Source: a bacterium BMS3Abin01 (GTDB lineage Bacteria > Actinomycetota > Thermoleophilia > BMS3ABIN01). Taken from it: a DNA stretch of 59,514 nt. Made by a program: the position numbers and the translations under genes. The notes beneath the pieces were generated by a model. It made no database searches. It saw only the letters and a list, made by a program, of their open reading frames with translations, and was not told the origin of the DNA. The DNA lies in NCBI GenBank assembly GCA_002897715.1, contig BDUA01000011.1, positions 1 to 59,514 of the forward strand, given 5' to 3'. Shown piece by piece: positions 17,747 to 28,106 of the stretch (positions are counted from its first letter, which is position 1; each line of letters begins with the position of its first letter).

Positions 17747-20700
17747 TTATTCAGTCCTGCATCCCAGCAGCGCGTTGCCGCCCGGGCCCTGGTTGATGCC
17801 GTAAGCACACACGGTGTTGCTGCCGGCCTGGGCCCCGACGATTCCGCTGAAGCCGTGACTGTCTCCGTAATCCGGATAAGCGATACCCACGTCCGGGCGG
17901 TCACCGTCGGCGGCAAGCACGCCGCCCCAGCGGCCGTTCACATAGACATGGACGTCTATGGGGTCGCCGGTGTCCGGGTCGATGGCCCAGCCACCGACAT
18001 CGATCTGCCCCGATGAATCCACTGAAACCCCGTCGAGTGCTCCAAAAGGATTCACCTGAACGTTTACTGTCTTGCAACCCAACAGGACATTTTCCCCGGG
18101 GCCGTTGTTTATTCCATAGGCGCAAACCGTATTGCCGGCAGCATCGGTTGAGATGCTCCCGGAAAAACCGTGATTATCCCCGTAACCCGGTATTGCGGAT
18201 CCTACATCGGGACGGCTCCCGTCAGCGGCTATGGCCGTGGCCCACCGGCCATTCACGTATATATGGACATCGATCGGGTCACTGGTATCCGGATCGATAG
18301 CCCAACCGTCGATATCCAGCCGCCCGGGATCTCCCGCCGAGACCGCGTCAACATTGCCGAACGCCGGCGCCGTAGTGTCCAGCACCGTAAAGGAACCGTC
18401 CAGGGGGGTGGCGTTTCCCGCCTTGTCGGCTATGGAACCGCCGACGGTATAGTCACCGTCTGCGAGACCGGTCACCTGGCAGGTGACGTCAGCGGCGGTT
18501 ACCTCGCATCCGGAAATGGGGTTGTCATCGATAGTGACTACCACAGCATCAGTGTCGATGCCTGAATCTTCATCGCTGTAGCCGGCATTGATCGACAGGT
18601 TGCCGGTATGTACGATCCCGGTGGGATCCACGCCGGTCACTGAAGGCGTGGTCGGATCGACCACAAAGTTCCACTGGTAATCCGCGGTGAGATGGTTGCC
18701 GGCCTGGTCCGCTACACCGCTGGTTATGATCGCCTTGTAATCCCGCACCTCGCCCAGATCGTTAACCGGGTCGAGTGTGGCTGTTCGCGTTCCGCTGTCA
18801 TAAGAGACTACGGCGGGAACCTGTTGTCCATAGGGATCTGCCTGCCTGACCAGTCTGAAGCTGGAGCCATCGATGGTGTTGGCATCGATATCCTCCGAAA
18901 ATGTCACTTTAATGCTGGAATTCATGGCGACCGCCGTGTCGCCATCGACGGGCACGGTAGAGATCAACGCCGGCGGGACTACGTCGGTCGTCGGCACATA
19001 AGCGTAGGATGTCTGATAGTCGTCTATCGCCACCGGGACTTCGACCGAGTCATACGTGCTCCCGTGGTCGGTTATGCTGAACCTGGTAATCCGGCCGGTG
19101 TCCGACCCGGCGGCATCATAGACCTTGAGATACCACCGGTCTCCCCAGCTGGGCGGCAGATGGGACACGGCATCATCAATATCGACCGTTACATTCAGTC
19201 CGTTGGCCGAACCCCCCTGCCGGTTGGAGACAACCGTGGACCAGTCGGGGGACGAAGGATCGCCCACACCCAACGTCACCACCAGATCGCCCCGGTAAGA
19301 ATGATCGATCTCTATCCGGGCTGTGGTCTGGGAGGGCATACCGCTGCCGGTGATGCCGACCGCGGCGAAGCCGCTATCCACAGCGAGGACTTCGACGCTG
19401 GTGGCGCCGTAAAGGTCAGCCGCCGCCTGCACGCTGGCGTCCCTGGCGTCCGAGAACTGGGAGCTGGAGGTAAGGTAGTCGGTCAGTGCCCGGTACCATA
19501 TCTGTTCCATCTTGTCCTTACCGATCGCCGCCGCTACGTTATAGGCGGCCTTGTTGGGGATACCGCTATTGGCATGAACGCCGCCGTTGTCGCTGCTGGT
19601 GTTGACGTAACTGTTCATATGGGCGGGCTGGCCGAACCGGGACGGGTCCGACAAGCTCCGCAACGCGTCCCCGGGAGTCTGGGGAGAATAGACATCCTCG
19701 CCCATCAGCCAGTCGTCGCGGTCCACCATGGCGCCCATCACGTCGGAGTAGGATTCGTTCAAGGCGCCGGACTGGTAGGAATAGACCAGGCCGGCCGTGT
19801 ACTGGGTGACGCCATGAGTCATCTCATGAGCGACCACATCTAGCGCGTTACCTAGCGGTGAGAAAACATATCCGTCGCCGTCGCCGAAGGTTATCTGTGA
19901 ACCGTTCCAGAATGCGTTGTTATAGCCACTGCGGTAATGCACCGTGCTCTTGATGTCCATCCCCGACCCGTTGATGCTGTCACGGCCGAATGTGTTGTAG
20001 TAATAATCGTAAGTACGTCCGGTGTTGTAGTAGGCGGCGTTGACCACCGAATCGCCGGTCCAGGCGCTGCCTTCATTCATCATCAGGGTGCCGGGAATAC
20101 TTGTACCGTAATTGGCTGTATAGGTCTGGCGGTTCACCACATCCTGCAGGGCGTTATACGCCGCCGCCAACTCACCGCTGTGGGCGTCGATGAAATACAC
20201 CATGCGGAGCGGCGGGTCCTCTGATACCAGGGTTACCTTCCAGGTCAGCGCCACGGAAGTCCCTTCCTGCGGCAGTATCACCAGTTCGGGAGGCTCCCGG
20301 TCCGATAAAACCGCGCCCTGTCCCAGCTTCGCCTGAGCTGTTTCCACAGCCGCGGCCTTACCGACCTCAGGCTCCACGGAAAGATCGATGCCGGGAAGGT
20401 AGTAACCGTTTATAGCCGAGATCTTCCCGTCAGCCGTGTAATGAAAGGACAACTCGGAGCCGAAGACCGGGACCCCCTTGTAAACCTGCGCCATGCGCAG
20501 ATGGGTCATGCCCAGACCATCCCGCTCCATCCGCTGCAGAACCAGTTCTTCCGCCGGCCGGGAGATCTGATAAATATCGCTATTCTCATCCAGGAATGCA
20601 TAGGTGGCCTCGGGGAGGCCGGCTGCCGCTGGAGGCGTTACGGGTCCGGTAAGGAAAGCCGGAACCCCCGTGTCCTTATCCCACCTTATGGTCGCCTGCT

Positions 20701-21007
20701 GTCCATCTTCCAGCGCCGTAACCGTGGTTACGTCCCCGGCGCCGGACCTGGAGTGAAGCGCAACCATATCATCTTCGAAGAAAGCGGTTATGGTGCTGAC
20801 GGGAGAAGAAACCGCCGTCTTGGCGGCAGGTGAGGACTGGATCTGAGCCGGTTGCGCTGAAGGCCGGCCGGCGGACAACTCCTCCAGGGCCAGGCCGGCA
20901 AGTCCTTTGTTTGAAAAACCGGGAACCGCCAGGATAACCGCCATAACCGACAAGGCCGCCAGCATGAACCAGACTATCCCTTTATGCCCTTTGTCTTGCC
21001 TGCCCAT
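17747..21007 (-). CDS. Secreted thermolysin-family (M4) metalloprotease with propeptide, P-domain-like, Ig-like (Big_5) domains and 2 GWAxDPD modules
   Basis: NNAFWNG, VVAHEMTHGVT (HExxH), GALNESYSD, DNGGVHANSGIPN; IDHSYRGDL...DTGRI; VTFSEDID...DQAGN. Confidence 0.92.
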   Translation of the reverse strand: MGRQDKGHKGIVWFMLAALSVMAVILAVPGFSNKGLAGLALEELSAGRPSAQPAQIQSSPAAKTAVSSPVSTITAFFEDDMVALHSRSGAGDVTTVTALEDGQQATIRWDKDTGVPAFLTGPVTPPAAAGLPEATYAFLDENSDIYQISRPAEELVLQRMERDGLGMTHLRMAQVYKGVPVFGSELSFHYTADGKISAINGYYLPGIDLSVEPEVGKAAAVETAQAKLGQGAVLSDREPPELVILPQEGTSVALTWKVTLVSEDPPLRMVYFIDAHSGELAAAYNALQDVVNRQTYTANYGTSIPGTLMMNEGSAWTGDSVVNAAYYNTGRTYDYYYNTFGRDSINGSGMDIKSTVHYRSGYNNAFWNGSQITFGDGDGYVFSPLGNALDVVAHEMTHGVTQYTAGLVYSYQSGALNESYSDVMGAMVDRDDWLMGEDVYSPQTPGDALRSLSDPSRFGQPAHMNSYVNTSSDNGGVHANSGIPNKAAYNVAAAIGKDKMEQIWYRALTDYLTSSSQFSDARDASVQAAADLYGATSVEVLAVDSGFAAVGITGSGMPSQTTARIEIDHSYRGDLVVTLGVGDPSSPDWSTVVSNRQGGSANGLNVTVDIDDAVSHLPPSWGDRWYLKVYDAAGSDTGRITRFSITDHGSTYDSVEVPVAIDDYQTSYAYVPTTDVVPPALISTVPVDGDTAVAMNSSIKVTFSEDIDANTIDGSSFRLVRQADPYGQQVPAVVSYDSGTRTATLDPVNDLGEVRDYKAIITSGVADQAGNHLTADYQWNFVVDPTTPSVTGVDPTGIVHTGNLSINAGYSDEDSGIDTDAVVVTIDDNPISGCEVTAADVTCQVTGLADGDYTVGGSIADKAGNATPLDGSFTVLDTTAPAFGNVDAVSAGDPGRLDIDGWAIDPDTSDPIDVHIYVNGRWATAIAADGSRPDVGSAIPGYGDNHGFSGSISTDAAGNTVCAYGINNGPGENVLLGCKTVNVQVNPFGALDGVSVDSSGQIDVGGWAIDPDTGDPIDVHVYVNGRWGGVLAADGDRPDVGIAYPDYGDSHGFSGIVGAQAGSNTVCAYGINQGPGGNALLGCRTE

Positions 21008-21241
21008 CGTCTTATCCGCTCCATTTCAACTCATGGCAAGATTCAGCCTCTGATCTCACGCCGGAGTAAACAGCTGGAAACTTGGTCCATACGTCCGATA
21101 CCACCAGACTCCCTAATATTTGACTCGGTACGACCCGGGAAATAATGAGGGTTTTTCGTGAAACCGGGACAGACGAGCTTCCTGGCGGCCGGGCTTGCTG
21201 ATAAAGTGTTGAAGCTGGCGGGATGGGTTGTTGCCAGTGGT

Positions 21242-21269
21242 TTGACTTGCTGATCTAAACCAATAGGAT
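21242..21269 (+). promoter_or_regulatory. Sigma-70-type promoter, probably giving a leaderless mRNA
   Basis: TTGACT-16 nt-TAGGAT, ATG 7 nt downstream at 21277, no Shine-Dalgarno. Confidence 0.5.
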
Positions 21270-21276
21270 TCTAGCC

Positions 21277-22389
21277 ATGAGAATCGGAATCGAGGGTCTT
21301 CCCCTGTTCTTTCATCGGACCGGGACCTTCACATATACCCATGAGTTGGTCCAGAACCTGAGACGGCTGCCTCCGGGGGATACGGTGATGCTGTTCGGCA
21401 GGAATCAGAGGATGGCGGGGTCCTCTTACCACGATATCTCCTATCCCGAACGGTTCGCCAACTATTTCTACAAGAAATATCGGCTTCCCTGCGAGCTGTT
21501 GAACCGGCAGGTGGACATATATCATTCTCCCCGCGACATGGGTCTGCCCAAGCCCTCGTTGCTTCCCTGCCCCACGGTGATGACGCTGCACGATATCATC
21601 CTGGTAAGGATGGCCTCCGATTACTACACCCCCTCGCGGGCCAGGCTCTACGAGCGGCGGCTGCTTCAGAGGGTGCGGCAGGTGGACCATATTATCACCG
21701 CCTCCGAGTTCTCCCGGCGTGACGCTCTCGACTGGAGCGGTATCGACCCGGGCAAAGTCAGCGTTGTCTATAACGGTGTCTCCTCCATGTTCCAGCCGGT
21801 TACCGCTGTAGAGGAGTTGACGCGGGTCAGTTCGCGGTACGACCTGCCCAAACGCTTCATTCTCTGCGTCGGCGCCACCGAGCCGCGCAAGAACGTGCGC
21901 ATGGCTATCGAGGCTTTCCAGCGCCTGCGACAGGGCCGCTCGGATGTCAGGCTGGTGGTGACCGGCGGCGACTACTGCCGCCTGGACCCATCCACCGCCT
22001 TCGCCGGCCAGAGCCTGGACGATGTTCATTTCGCCGGCTATATCGCCGACTGCGACATGGCGGCGGTATACAGCCTGGCGGAAGTACTGTTGTTCCCGTC
22101 CCTCTACGAGGGCTTCGGCCTGCCGCCGCTGGAGGCCATGGCCTGCCGGACACCGGTGGTCGCCTCCAACCTTACCTCCATCCCCGAGGTCGTGAGCGAT
22201 GCCGCCATGCTGGTGAACCCGCTCAACACCGGTGAGATAGCCGCCGCCCTGGAGATGATCCTTTCATCCGGCGAGATACGCCGTGACCTCATCGACCGGG
22301 GGAGCGCCCGGGCGGCTCAGTTCAGCTGGTACCGCTCCGCGGAGCAGACCCGGGAGATATACGAGAAGGTCATCGCCGGCCATGCCTAG
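21277..22389 (+). CDS. Glycosyltransferase family 4 (MtfB/WbpY-like)
   Basis: TLHDII, EPRKN, FPSLYEGFGLPPLEAMAC. Confidence 0.9.
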   Translation: MRIGIEGLPLFFHRTGTFTYTHELVQNLRRLPPGDTVMLFGRNQRMAGSSYHDISYPERFANYFYKKYRLPCELLNRQVDIYHSPRDMGLPKPSLLPCPTVMTLHDIILVRMASDYYTPSRARLYERRLLQRVRQVDHIITASEFSRRDALDWSGIDPGKVSVVYNGVSSMFQPVTAVEELTRVSSRYDLPKRFILCVGATEPRKNVRMAIEAFQRLRQGRSDVRLVVTGGDYCRLDPSTAFAGQSLDDVHFAGYIADCDMAAVYSLAEVLLFPSLYEGFGLPPLEAMACRTPVVASNLTSIPEVVSDAAMLVNPLNTGEIAAALEMILSSGEIRRDLIDRGSARAAQFSWYRSAEQTREIYEKVIAGHA

Positions 22390-24112
22390 CAACCGGCAGA
22401 TCGCCGCCACCCTGGACCGGCTGGCGGACCTGATGGAGCTCGACGGCGCCAATATCTACAAGATCGTGGCGCATCGCAAGGCAGCGCACCGGATCGCCGA
22501 ATCGAATTTCTCCATCGAGGCACTGGCGGATGAAGGACGGCTGACCGAGCTCCCGGATATCGGCGAAAAGATAGCCGCCAAGGTAGAGGAGATGGTGACT
22601 ACCGGCAGGATTGCCGAGCTCGATGAATATTCGCGCAAATTCCCGCCCGACCTGGTAGACCTGCAGAGGGTCCAGGGCATAGGACCCAAGACCACACGCA
22701 AGGTCTGGGAGGAGCTGGGAGTCTCCTCGCTGGATGAACTGGAAGCCGCTGCGCGCGCCGGACAGGTCGCCGGTCTGCCCGGTATGGGCAAAAAGACCGA
22801 GGCTAATCTTATTAAGGCAATCGAGCGCCTGAGAGAGCGAAGCGGCCGCATGCCGCTGGGAGAAGTGCTGCCCGTTGCCGAAGAGGCGGCGGCGGCGTTA
22901 TCGCGTCTGCCCCAGTCACACCATGTCACCCTTGCCGGCAGTGTGCGCCGCATGAAGGAGACGGTGAAGGATGTGGATATCATCGCCACCGCCGCCGACC
23001 CCCGGGAGCTGACACGCGCTTTTGCTAACCTGCCCATGGTGGCGGAGGTTATCGCCGCCGGCCCCACCAAGTGCTCCATCCGCACCCACACGGACCTGCA
23101 GATGGACCTGCGGGTGGCTCCTGACCAGAATTATGGCAGCCTGTTGCAGCACTTTACCGGGTCAAGGGAGCATAATATCGCCCTGCGCGAAATGGCCATC
23201 GGCCAGGGCCTGAAGGTCAGCGAATACGGCATCGAGGAGACGGCGTCAGGCAACATACACGCCTGCGGCACCGAGGAAGAGGTTTACCGGCGCCTGGGAC
23301 TGGACTTCATTCCCCCCGAACTGAGAGAAAACGCCGGCGAGCTGGAAGCGGCAGCGACCGGCAGGCTGCCGGAGCTGATAACCGAGCCGGACATCAAGGG
23401 TGACCTGCATGTCCATTCGGACTGGAGCGACGGCCGCGGCACTATCCGTGACATGGCGGATTCCGCCCGCCGGAGAGGATGTGAGTATATCGCCATCTCG
23501 GATCACTCCCAGTCGCTGGCGGTGGCAGGGGGCCTGACGCCGGCGCGGCTGGAGCGGCAACTGAAGGAGATTGGGAAGATAAACGCCGGTGCGGACGGTT
23601 TTCACATATTCACCGGTATGGAGGTCGACATAAAGGCGGACGGATCCCTGGACCTCCCGGATGACTCGCTGGAGGCGCTGGACTTCGTCACCGTCTCCAT
23701 CCATTCAGGGTTCACCCAGGAGCGGCGACAGATCATGGCACGGCTGACAGCGGCCATGGAGAAACCCTTCGTACGCTCCATAGGCCACCCCACCGGCAGA
23801 TTGATAAGCCGCCGGGATGCTTATGAGGTGGATGTGGACGAACTCATCGCCACGGCGGCCCGCACCGGCACCGCCCTGGAGATAAACTCCCATTACTGGC
23901 GGCTGGACCTGTGCGACCTGCACGCGCGGGCGGCCCAGGAGGCCGGCGTACGCCTGGTGATCAACAGCGATGCTCATACGCCCGGGGACGCCGGCAACCT
24001 CAGATTAGGCGTGGCGACCGCCCGTCGCGGCTGGATAAGGCGGGAGACCGTGCTCAACACGCTGTCCGTCACAGAACTGTCCCGGGTTCTCGAGTCACCC
24101 AAGGGTACCTGA
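22382..24112 (+). CDS. polX: DNA polymerase X with C-terminal PHP domain
   Basis: HhH motifs (GIGPKT), AGSVRR, DVD, HFTGS; PHP motifs DLHVHSDWSDG, SDH, HPTGR, NSDAH. Start at ATG 22382, overlapping the upstream stop. Confidence 0.93.
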   Translation: MPSNRQIAATLDRLADLMELDGANIYKIVAHRKAAHRIAESNFSIEALADEGRLTELPDIGEKIAAKVEEMVTTGRIAELDEYSRKFPPDLVDLQRVQGIGPKTTRKVWEELGVSSLDELEAAARAGQVAGLPGMGKKTEANLIKAIERLRERSGRMPLGEVLPVAEEAAAALSRLPQSHHVTLAGSVRRMKETVKDVDIIATAADPRELTRAFANLPMVAEVIAAGPTKCSIRTHTDLQMDLRVAPDQNYGSLLQHFTGSREHNIALREMAIGQGLKVSEYGIEETASGNIHACGTEEEVYRRLGLDFIPPELRENAGELEAAATGRLPELITEPDIKGDLHVHSDWSDGRGTIRDMADSARRRGCEYIAISDHSQSLAVAGGLTPARLERQLKEIGKINAGADGFHIFTGMEVDIKADGSLDLPDDSLEALDFVTVSIHSGFTQERRQIMARLTAAMEKPFVRSIGHPTGRLISRRDAYEVDVDELIATAARTGTALEINSHYWRLDLCDLHARAAQEAGVRLVINSDAHTPGDAGNLRLGVATARRGWIRRETVLNTLSVTELSRVLESPKGT

Positions 24113-24115
24113 GCC

Positions 24116-25384
24116 GTGCGCCGGCCGGAAACCACACCCGGGATCCTGCTTCTTGCCATCGTCGCCATCATGGCGCTCTCGACCGCGGGCTGCCTGGGCG
24201 AAACACCGGTGGATATCGGCTGGGCCACACCGCCGGGTTCGGCCATATCGGGTACGGAGCAGGAGATCCAGCAGCTGTTCGACACCTACACTCAGGCTCT
24301 GGTAGCCAGAGACCGCGATGCGTTCCTCTCCCTGATCGATGCCGGCAACCCGGATTTCCTTGCCCGGCAACAACAGTTTTTCGACTATACGGAAAACATT
24401 CCCTTCGACCGCTACAGCATCACACTGGATTCACTCAGCGAGGCTGACGACGGGAGCATCACCGCCAAGACCTCCGAAGCTTTTACTCTAAAAGGCAGCT
24501 TCGCCGCGCTGCCCGACGCGGACCGCGCCGGATACAGGCTGGTCAGGCACGATGACGGCTGGAAACTGGCCGGTGACGCTACCCTCCAGGCCCTGGGCAA
24601 GGAGCGTGACGCCAGGCTGTGGGACCTGGGCAAAGTGGAAGTGGCTATCGGCGAACACGCCATCGTCCTCTACCATGCCGCCGGAGAGGCAGTGGCCGGT
24701 CAGGCCGGTGGGGATGTCGACCGTGCTTACGCGCAGCTGACAGAAGCCCTTCCCGGGGCGGAGATGCCCCTGGTCCCGGTATGGGTCTTTTCCGGCAAGG
24801 AACAGATCGACCAGGCCTATCCAGGACAATGGCAGGACTGGGTAGGCGGTGCTTCGCGTCAGCTGGGTTATGACGAGGAACAGGGCGGCGAGATCATCCT
24901 GGACGCGAGGCTGTTCAACGAGATCGGTTCCTATGACCCGGAGTACAATCGCAAGATGATCGCCCACGAGTTGACCCACGTGGCCCTCTTCTCCCGTACC
25001 GGTGATACTACCCCGTCTTTCCTGGTGGAGGGTCTGGCTGATTTCGTCGCCGGCCTGGAAGCGACGCCCTATCTGGCCGGCAAGCTCCGCAACGGCGAGA
25101 CCATCAGCCCCACTCTCAGGGACCTGTACTACCCTTCCGGCTTCAACGTGCTCATCAGCGACGAAGCGGCGACCCTGGCTTACGAGATCGCCGACACCGC
25201 CGTGGCCTATCTGGAGCGGGAATACGGTAACGAGAAGGTCGTGATGCTCCTGCGCGAGTTCAAGCGACGCGAGTTGGATACCCAACCCCAGGAGCAGCTG
25301 GTGGACGAGGTCTTCCGCTCCGTACTGGGCGTGGGAACGGACGAGTTCGAGAACGGCTGGCGCCTCTATGTACTGAAGGGGTGA
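24116..25384 (+). CDS. Lipoprotein, putative zinc metallopeptidase (MA clan/gluzincin-like)
   Basis: Lipobox TAGC; AHELTHVAL followed by EGLADF. Confidence 0.7.
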   Translation: MRRPETTPGILLLAIVAIMALSTAGCLGETPVDIGWATPPGSAISGTEQEIQQLFDTYTQALVARDRDAFLSLIDAGNPDFLARQQQFFDYTENIPFDRYSITLDSLSEADDGSITAKTSEAFTLKGSFAALPDADRAGYRLVRHDDGWKLAGDATLQALGKERDARLWDLGKVEVAIGEHAIVLYHAAGEAVAGQAGGDVDRAYAQLTEALPGAEMPLVPVWVFSGKEQIDQAYPGQWQDWVGGASRQLGYDEEQGGEIILDARLFNEIGSYDPEYNRKMIAHELTHVALFSRTGDTTPSFLVEGLADFVAGLEATPYLAGKLRNGETISPTLRDLYYPSGFNVLISDEAATLAYEIADTAVAYLEREYGNEKVVMLLREFKRRELDTQPQEQLVDEVFRSVLGVGTDEFENGWRLYVLKG

Positions 25385-25393
25385 ACCGTACCC

Positions 25394-26308
25394 GTGACCG
25401 CCATCCCCACCGGACATCGGTTGAGAGCCGCCACCCTTCTGGCAGGTACGGTCCTGGTGTTGCTGGCGGCCCTCACCTGGTTCACTCTCCCCTGGCTCCA
25501 GACGCGGCGGGCCGACTTGCTGCTTGCCGACGCCAACGGACATATCGAAAGCGCCAACCGGAGCCTGGCGGAAATCGACATCGACCTGCTCAGCCCGGAA
25601 GGCTTCACGTCCCTGGAGGAGATCGACAAAGCCCGCGAGGCGGTCGCCGCCGCCGGTCCCAGGCTGGAAGAAAGCACGGCCGAGGTGGACAAGGCGGAAG
25701 CGGCGGCGGAAAAAGGCTCCGGGCTGCTGCGTCTTCCGGACTGGTACGCGGACTACCTGCGCAAGAAACAGGAAGTGGCCAAACTTCGCGGCCGGCAACT
25801 GCGACTACTCGAGGATGCCGCCGGCAAGCTGGAGGAACTTTACCAGGCGGCGCCCCTGATGTTCCAGGCCATGGAGGAGATGGACCGGTTGCTGGGGCGC
25901 TTCGAGTCCGCCATGGACACCACTCAGGATGACCCCGTGGGTGCGGCAGCGGCGCTGGATGAGGTATCCCGGTCCATGCGGGCTATCCAGCAGCGGCTGG
26001 AGGACCTCTATGCCCGATCCGGTTTCATCCTGCTGCAACACATGGCCGACAATGTCCGGAGCAACGCCGAACTGGCGGAACAATCGAAGCTGCTGGCGGA
26101 CGCCGTCGCCGGCGGCGACCAGTCCCTGGTCCAGCAGACGGCCAGTGACCTGGAAAACCACCTGATGGAGACCGACATCGGCATCGATTATCTGCAACTC
26201 TGGCTCGACACCGAGATCAAGCCCCTCAAGAGTGAGTACGAAGTTTTGCGTTCACGCCAACAGCAGCTGGATCAGGAGGCTGCTGAGCTTTTTCACGAAC
26301 ATCGTTGA
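25394..26308 (+). CDS. Membrane-anchored alpha-helical hypothetical protein
   Basis: One N-terminal TM helix, then A/E/L/Q-rich helical sequence; follows the upstream gene after 9 nt. Confidence 0.7.
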   Translation: MTAIPTGHRLRAATLLAGTVLVLLAALTWFTLPWLQTRRADLLLADANGHIESANRSLAEIDIDLLSPEGFTSLEEIDKAREAVAAAGPRLEESTAEVDKAEAAAEKGSGLLRLPDWYADYLRKKQEVAKLRGRQLRLLEDAAGKLEELYQAAPLMFQAMEEMDRLLGRFESAMDTTQDDPVGAAAALDEVSRSMRAIQQRLEDLYARSGFILLQHMADNVRSNAELAEQSKLLADAVAGGDQSLVQQTASDLENHLMETDIGIDYLQLWLDTEIKPLKSEYEVLRSRQQQLDQEAAELFHEHR

Positions 26309-26310
26309 CT

Positions 26311-27300
26311 TCAGCTTACCGGGGAGATACCAGGCAGCCCGGATTCCATAAGACTCTCTGCTTCATCGTAACTCTGCGCCCGCCGGAGCTCCCCTGCCAG
26401 GTTTGAAGGTAGCCGGAACGGCTTCATATACCATCCATAGAACTTGCGCATGAACCTGACCGCCCGTTCGCGGCCCATCTCAACAACCAGGTCCTGGAAG
26501 AAACGGCGCATCTCCGCCATGACTTCTTCCGGGCGCCGGCGCCGGCGCTCCCGGCCCGCCAGCATGTCGGTAAACAGCCAGGGATCGCCCAGCATGGCCC
26601 TGCCCGGCATCACCGCCGCGGCGCCGGCGCCCTGAAGCAGGCGCTCCGCGTCCACCCTGCCGGCGATATCACCGCTGGCGATCACCGGCACCCGCAGACG
26701 TTCGACCAGTGCCGCCGTGACCGTATGGTCAGCCCGGCCCTTGCGACCCTGCACCCCCAGCCGCGGATGGATGCATACCCCCGCCAGTCCCGCATCCTCC
26801 AGCCTGGACGCCAGCGACAGCGCCGTCACCTCGCGCCCCGGACCGGAACGGATCTTGGCCGTTACCGGCACCCTTACCGCGTCCACTATGGCGGCCACTA
26901 CTGCCGCAGCCCGTTTTCCGTCTTCCATCAATGCCATGCCGGCACCGGTCTTGATGACCTTCCTTACGGGGCAGCCCATGTTGATGTCGATGATATCCGC
27001 GCCCGCGCCCTCGGCGGCCAGAGCCGCCTCGGCCATGACCTCCGGCCGGTTGCCGAACAGCTGCACGGAGACCGGATGTTCTTCCTCCGCCAGCTCCAGC
27101 ATTCGCAGGGTGCGCTGGTTACGGTAGTGTACAGCGTAGCTGCTGATCATCTCCGTGGCGACCATGCCGGCACCGTACCGTCTTGCCTGCAGGCGGAAGG
27201 AACGCACGCTGATTCCCGCCATGGGCGCCTGGACCAGGCGGTTGGGTAACCGTACCGTACCGATATCAACAGGGCTATCAGGCTGTGGCTTTCCGGGCAT
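26311..27300 (-). CDS. dusB: tRNA-dihydrouridine synthase
   Basis: QAPMAG, TEMIS, VQLFG, DINMGCP, IHPR, SGDI. Start taken at ATG 27300. Confidence 0.88.
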   Translation of the reverse strand: MPGKPQPDSPVDIGTVRLPNRLVQAPMAGISVRSFRLQARRYGAGMVATEMISSYAVHYRNQRTLRMLELAEEEHPVSVQLFGNRPEVMAEAALAAEGAGADIIDINMGCPVRKVIKTGAGMALMEDGKRAAAVVAAIVDAVRVPVTAKIRSGPGREVTALSLASRLEDAGLAGVCIHPRLGVQGRKGRADHTVTAALVERLRVPVIASGDIAGRVDAERLLQGAGAAAVMPGRAMLGDPWLFTDMLAGRERRRRRPEEVMAEMRRFFQDLVVEMGRERAVRFMRKFYGWYMKPFRLPSNLAGELRRAQSYDEAESLMESGLPGISPVS

Positions 27301-27320
27301 CGTGATACAATACACCACAC

Positions 27321-28106
27321 ATGTCAGAGACGGTTATCCAAACCAATAATCTCACCAAAGAGTTTACCAAGCTCAGGGGGATATCGTCCCCCCGGAATTT
27401 TTTTGACAAGGTCTCCTTCACCGCGGTTAGGGGTATCAACCTCACCGTATCCCGAGGGGAGATCTTCGGACTGTTGGGTCCCAACGGCGCCGGCAAAACA
27501 ACGCTTACCAAGATGCTGTGCACCCTCATCCTTCCCAGCGACGGCAACGCCACTATCTGCGGCTACGACCTGGCCCGCCAGCAGGCGCAGGTGAAGGCAT
27601 CCATCGCCCTCATTTCCAGCGAGGAACGCAGTTTCTACTGGCGCCTTTCCGGCCGTCGGAACCTGGAGTTCTTCGCCGCCCTTTACGGGCTTTCCCGCAG
27701 ACGGACCCGGCAGAGAATACCCGAGGTGCTTGAGATAGTCGGCATGAGCGATGCCGCCGAACGACGTTTCCAGGAATATTCCACGGGGATGAAGCAGCGC
27801 ATGGCCCTGGCACGTGGCCTGCTGGCCGAACCCGATGTCTTTTTCATGGATGAGCCCACCAAGGGACTGGACCCGGTGGCCGTGAGGAACCTGCATGACT
27901 TCATCCGCAGCCAGCTGACCTCCCGGGGCAAGACCGTGATCCTGGCCACACACGACCTGGTGGAGGCTGAAGAGGTCTGCGACCGCGTCGGCATCATGCA
28001 GGGAGGCCGGATGAAGGCGGAGGGCAAGGTATCGGAGCTGGCCGGGGACGCCTCCCTGTCCGATTTCTTCCACAACCTGATAGCCGACCCGGAGAAAAAG
28101 TCGTGA
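27321..28106 (+). CDS. ABC-2 exporter ATP-binding protein
   Basis: GPNGAGKTT, YSTGMKQR, MDEPT. Confidence 0.9.
   Translation: MSETVIQTNNLTKEFTKLRGISSPRNFFDKVSFTAVRGINLTVSRGEIFGLLGPNGAGKTTLTKMLCTLILPSDGNATICGYDLARQQAQVKASIALISSEERSFYWRLSGRRNLEFFAALYGLSRRRTRQRIPEVLEIVGMSDAAERRFQEYSTGMKQRMALARGLLAEPDVFFMDEPTKGLDPVAVRNLHDFIRSQLTSRGKTVILATHDLVEAEEVCDRVGIMQGGRMKAEGKVSELAGDASLSDFFHNLIADPEKKS

Noticed and set aside
1-18365. Dense repeats as a CRISPR array or a diversity-generating retroelement
   Set aside because: Units are ~320 bp, in frame and protein-coding with no spacers. No cas or reverse transcriptase gene is present and differences are not visibly adenine-specific.
24488-25798. 436-aa minus-strand ORF and similar long antisense ORFs (49340-51097, 55367-56761)
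   Set aside because: They overlap well-supported genes on the other strand, as expected from codon bias at high GC.
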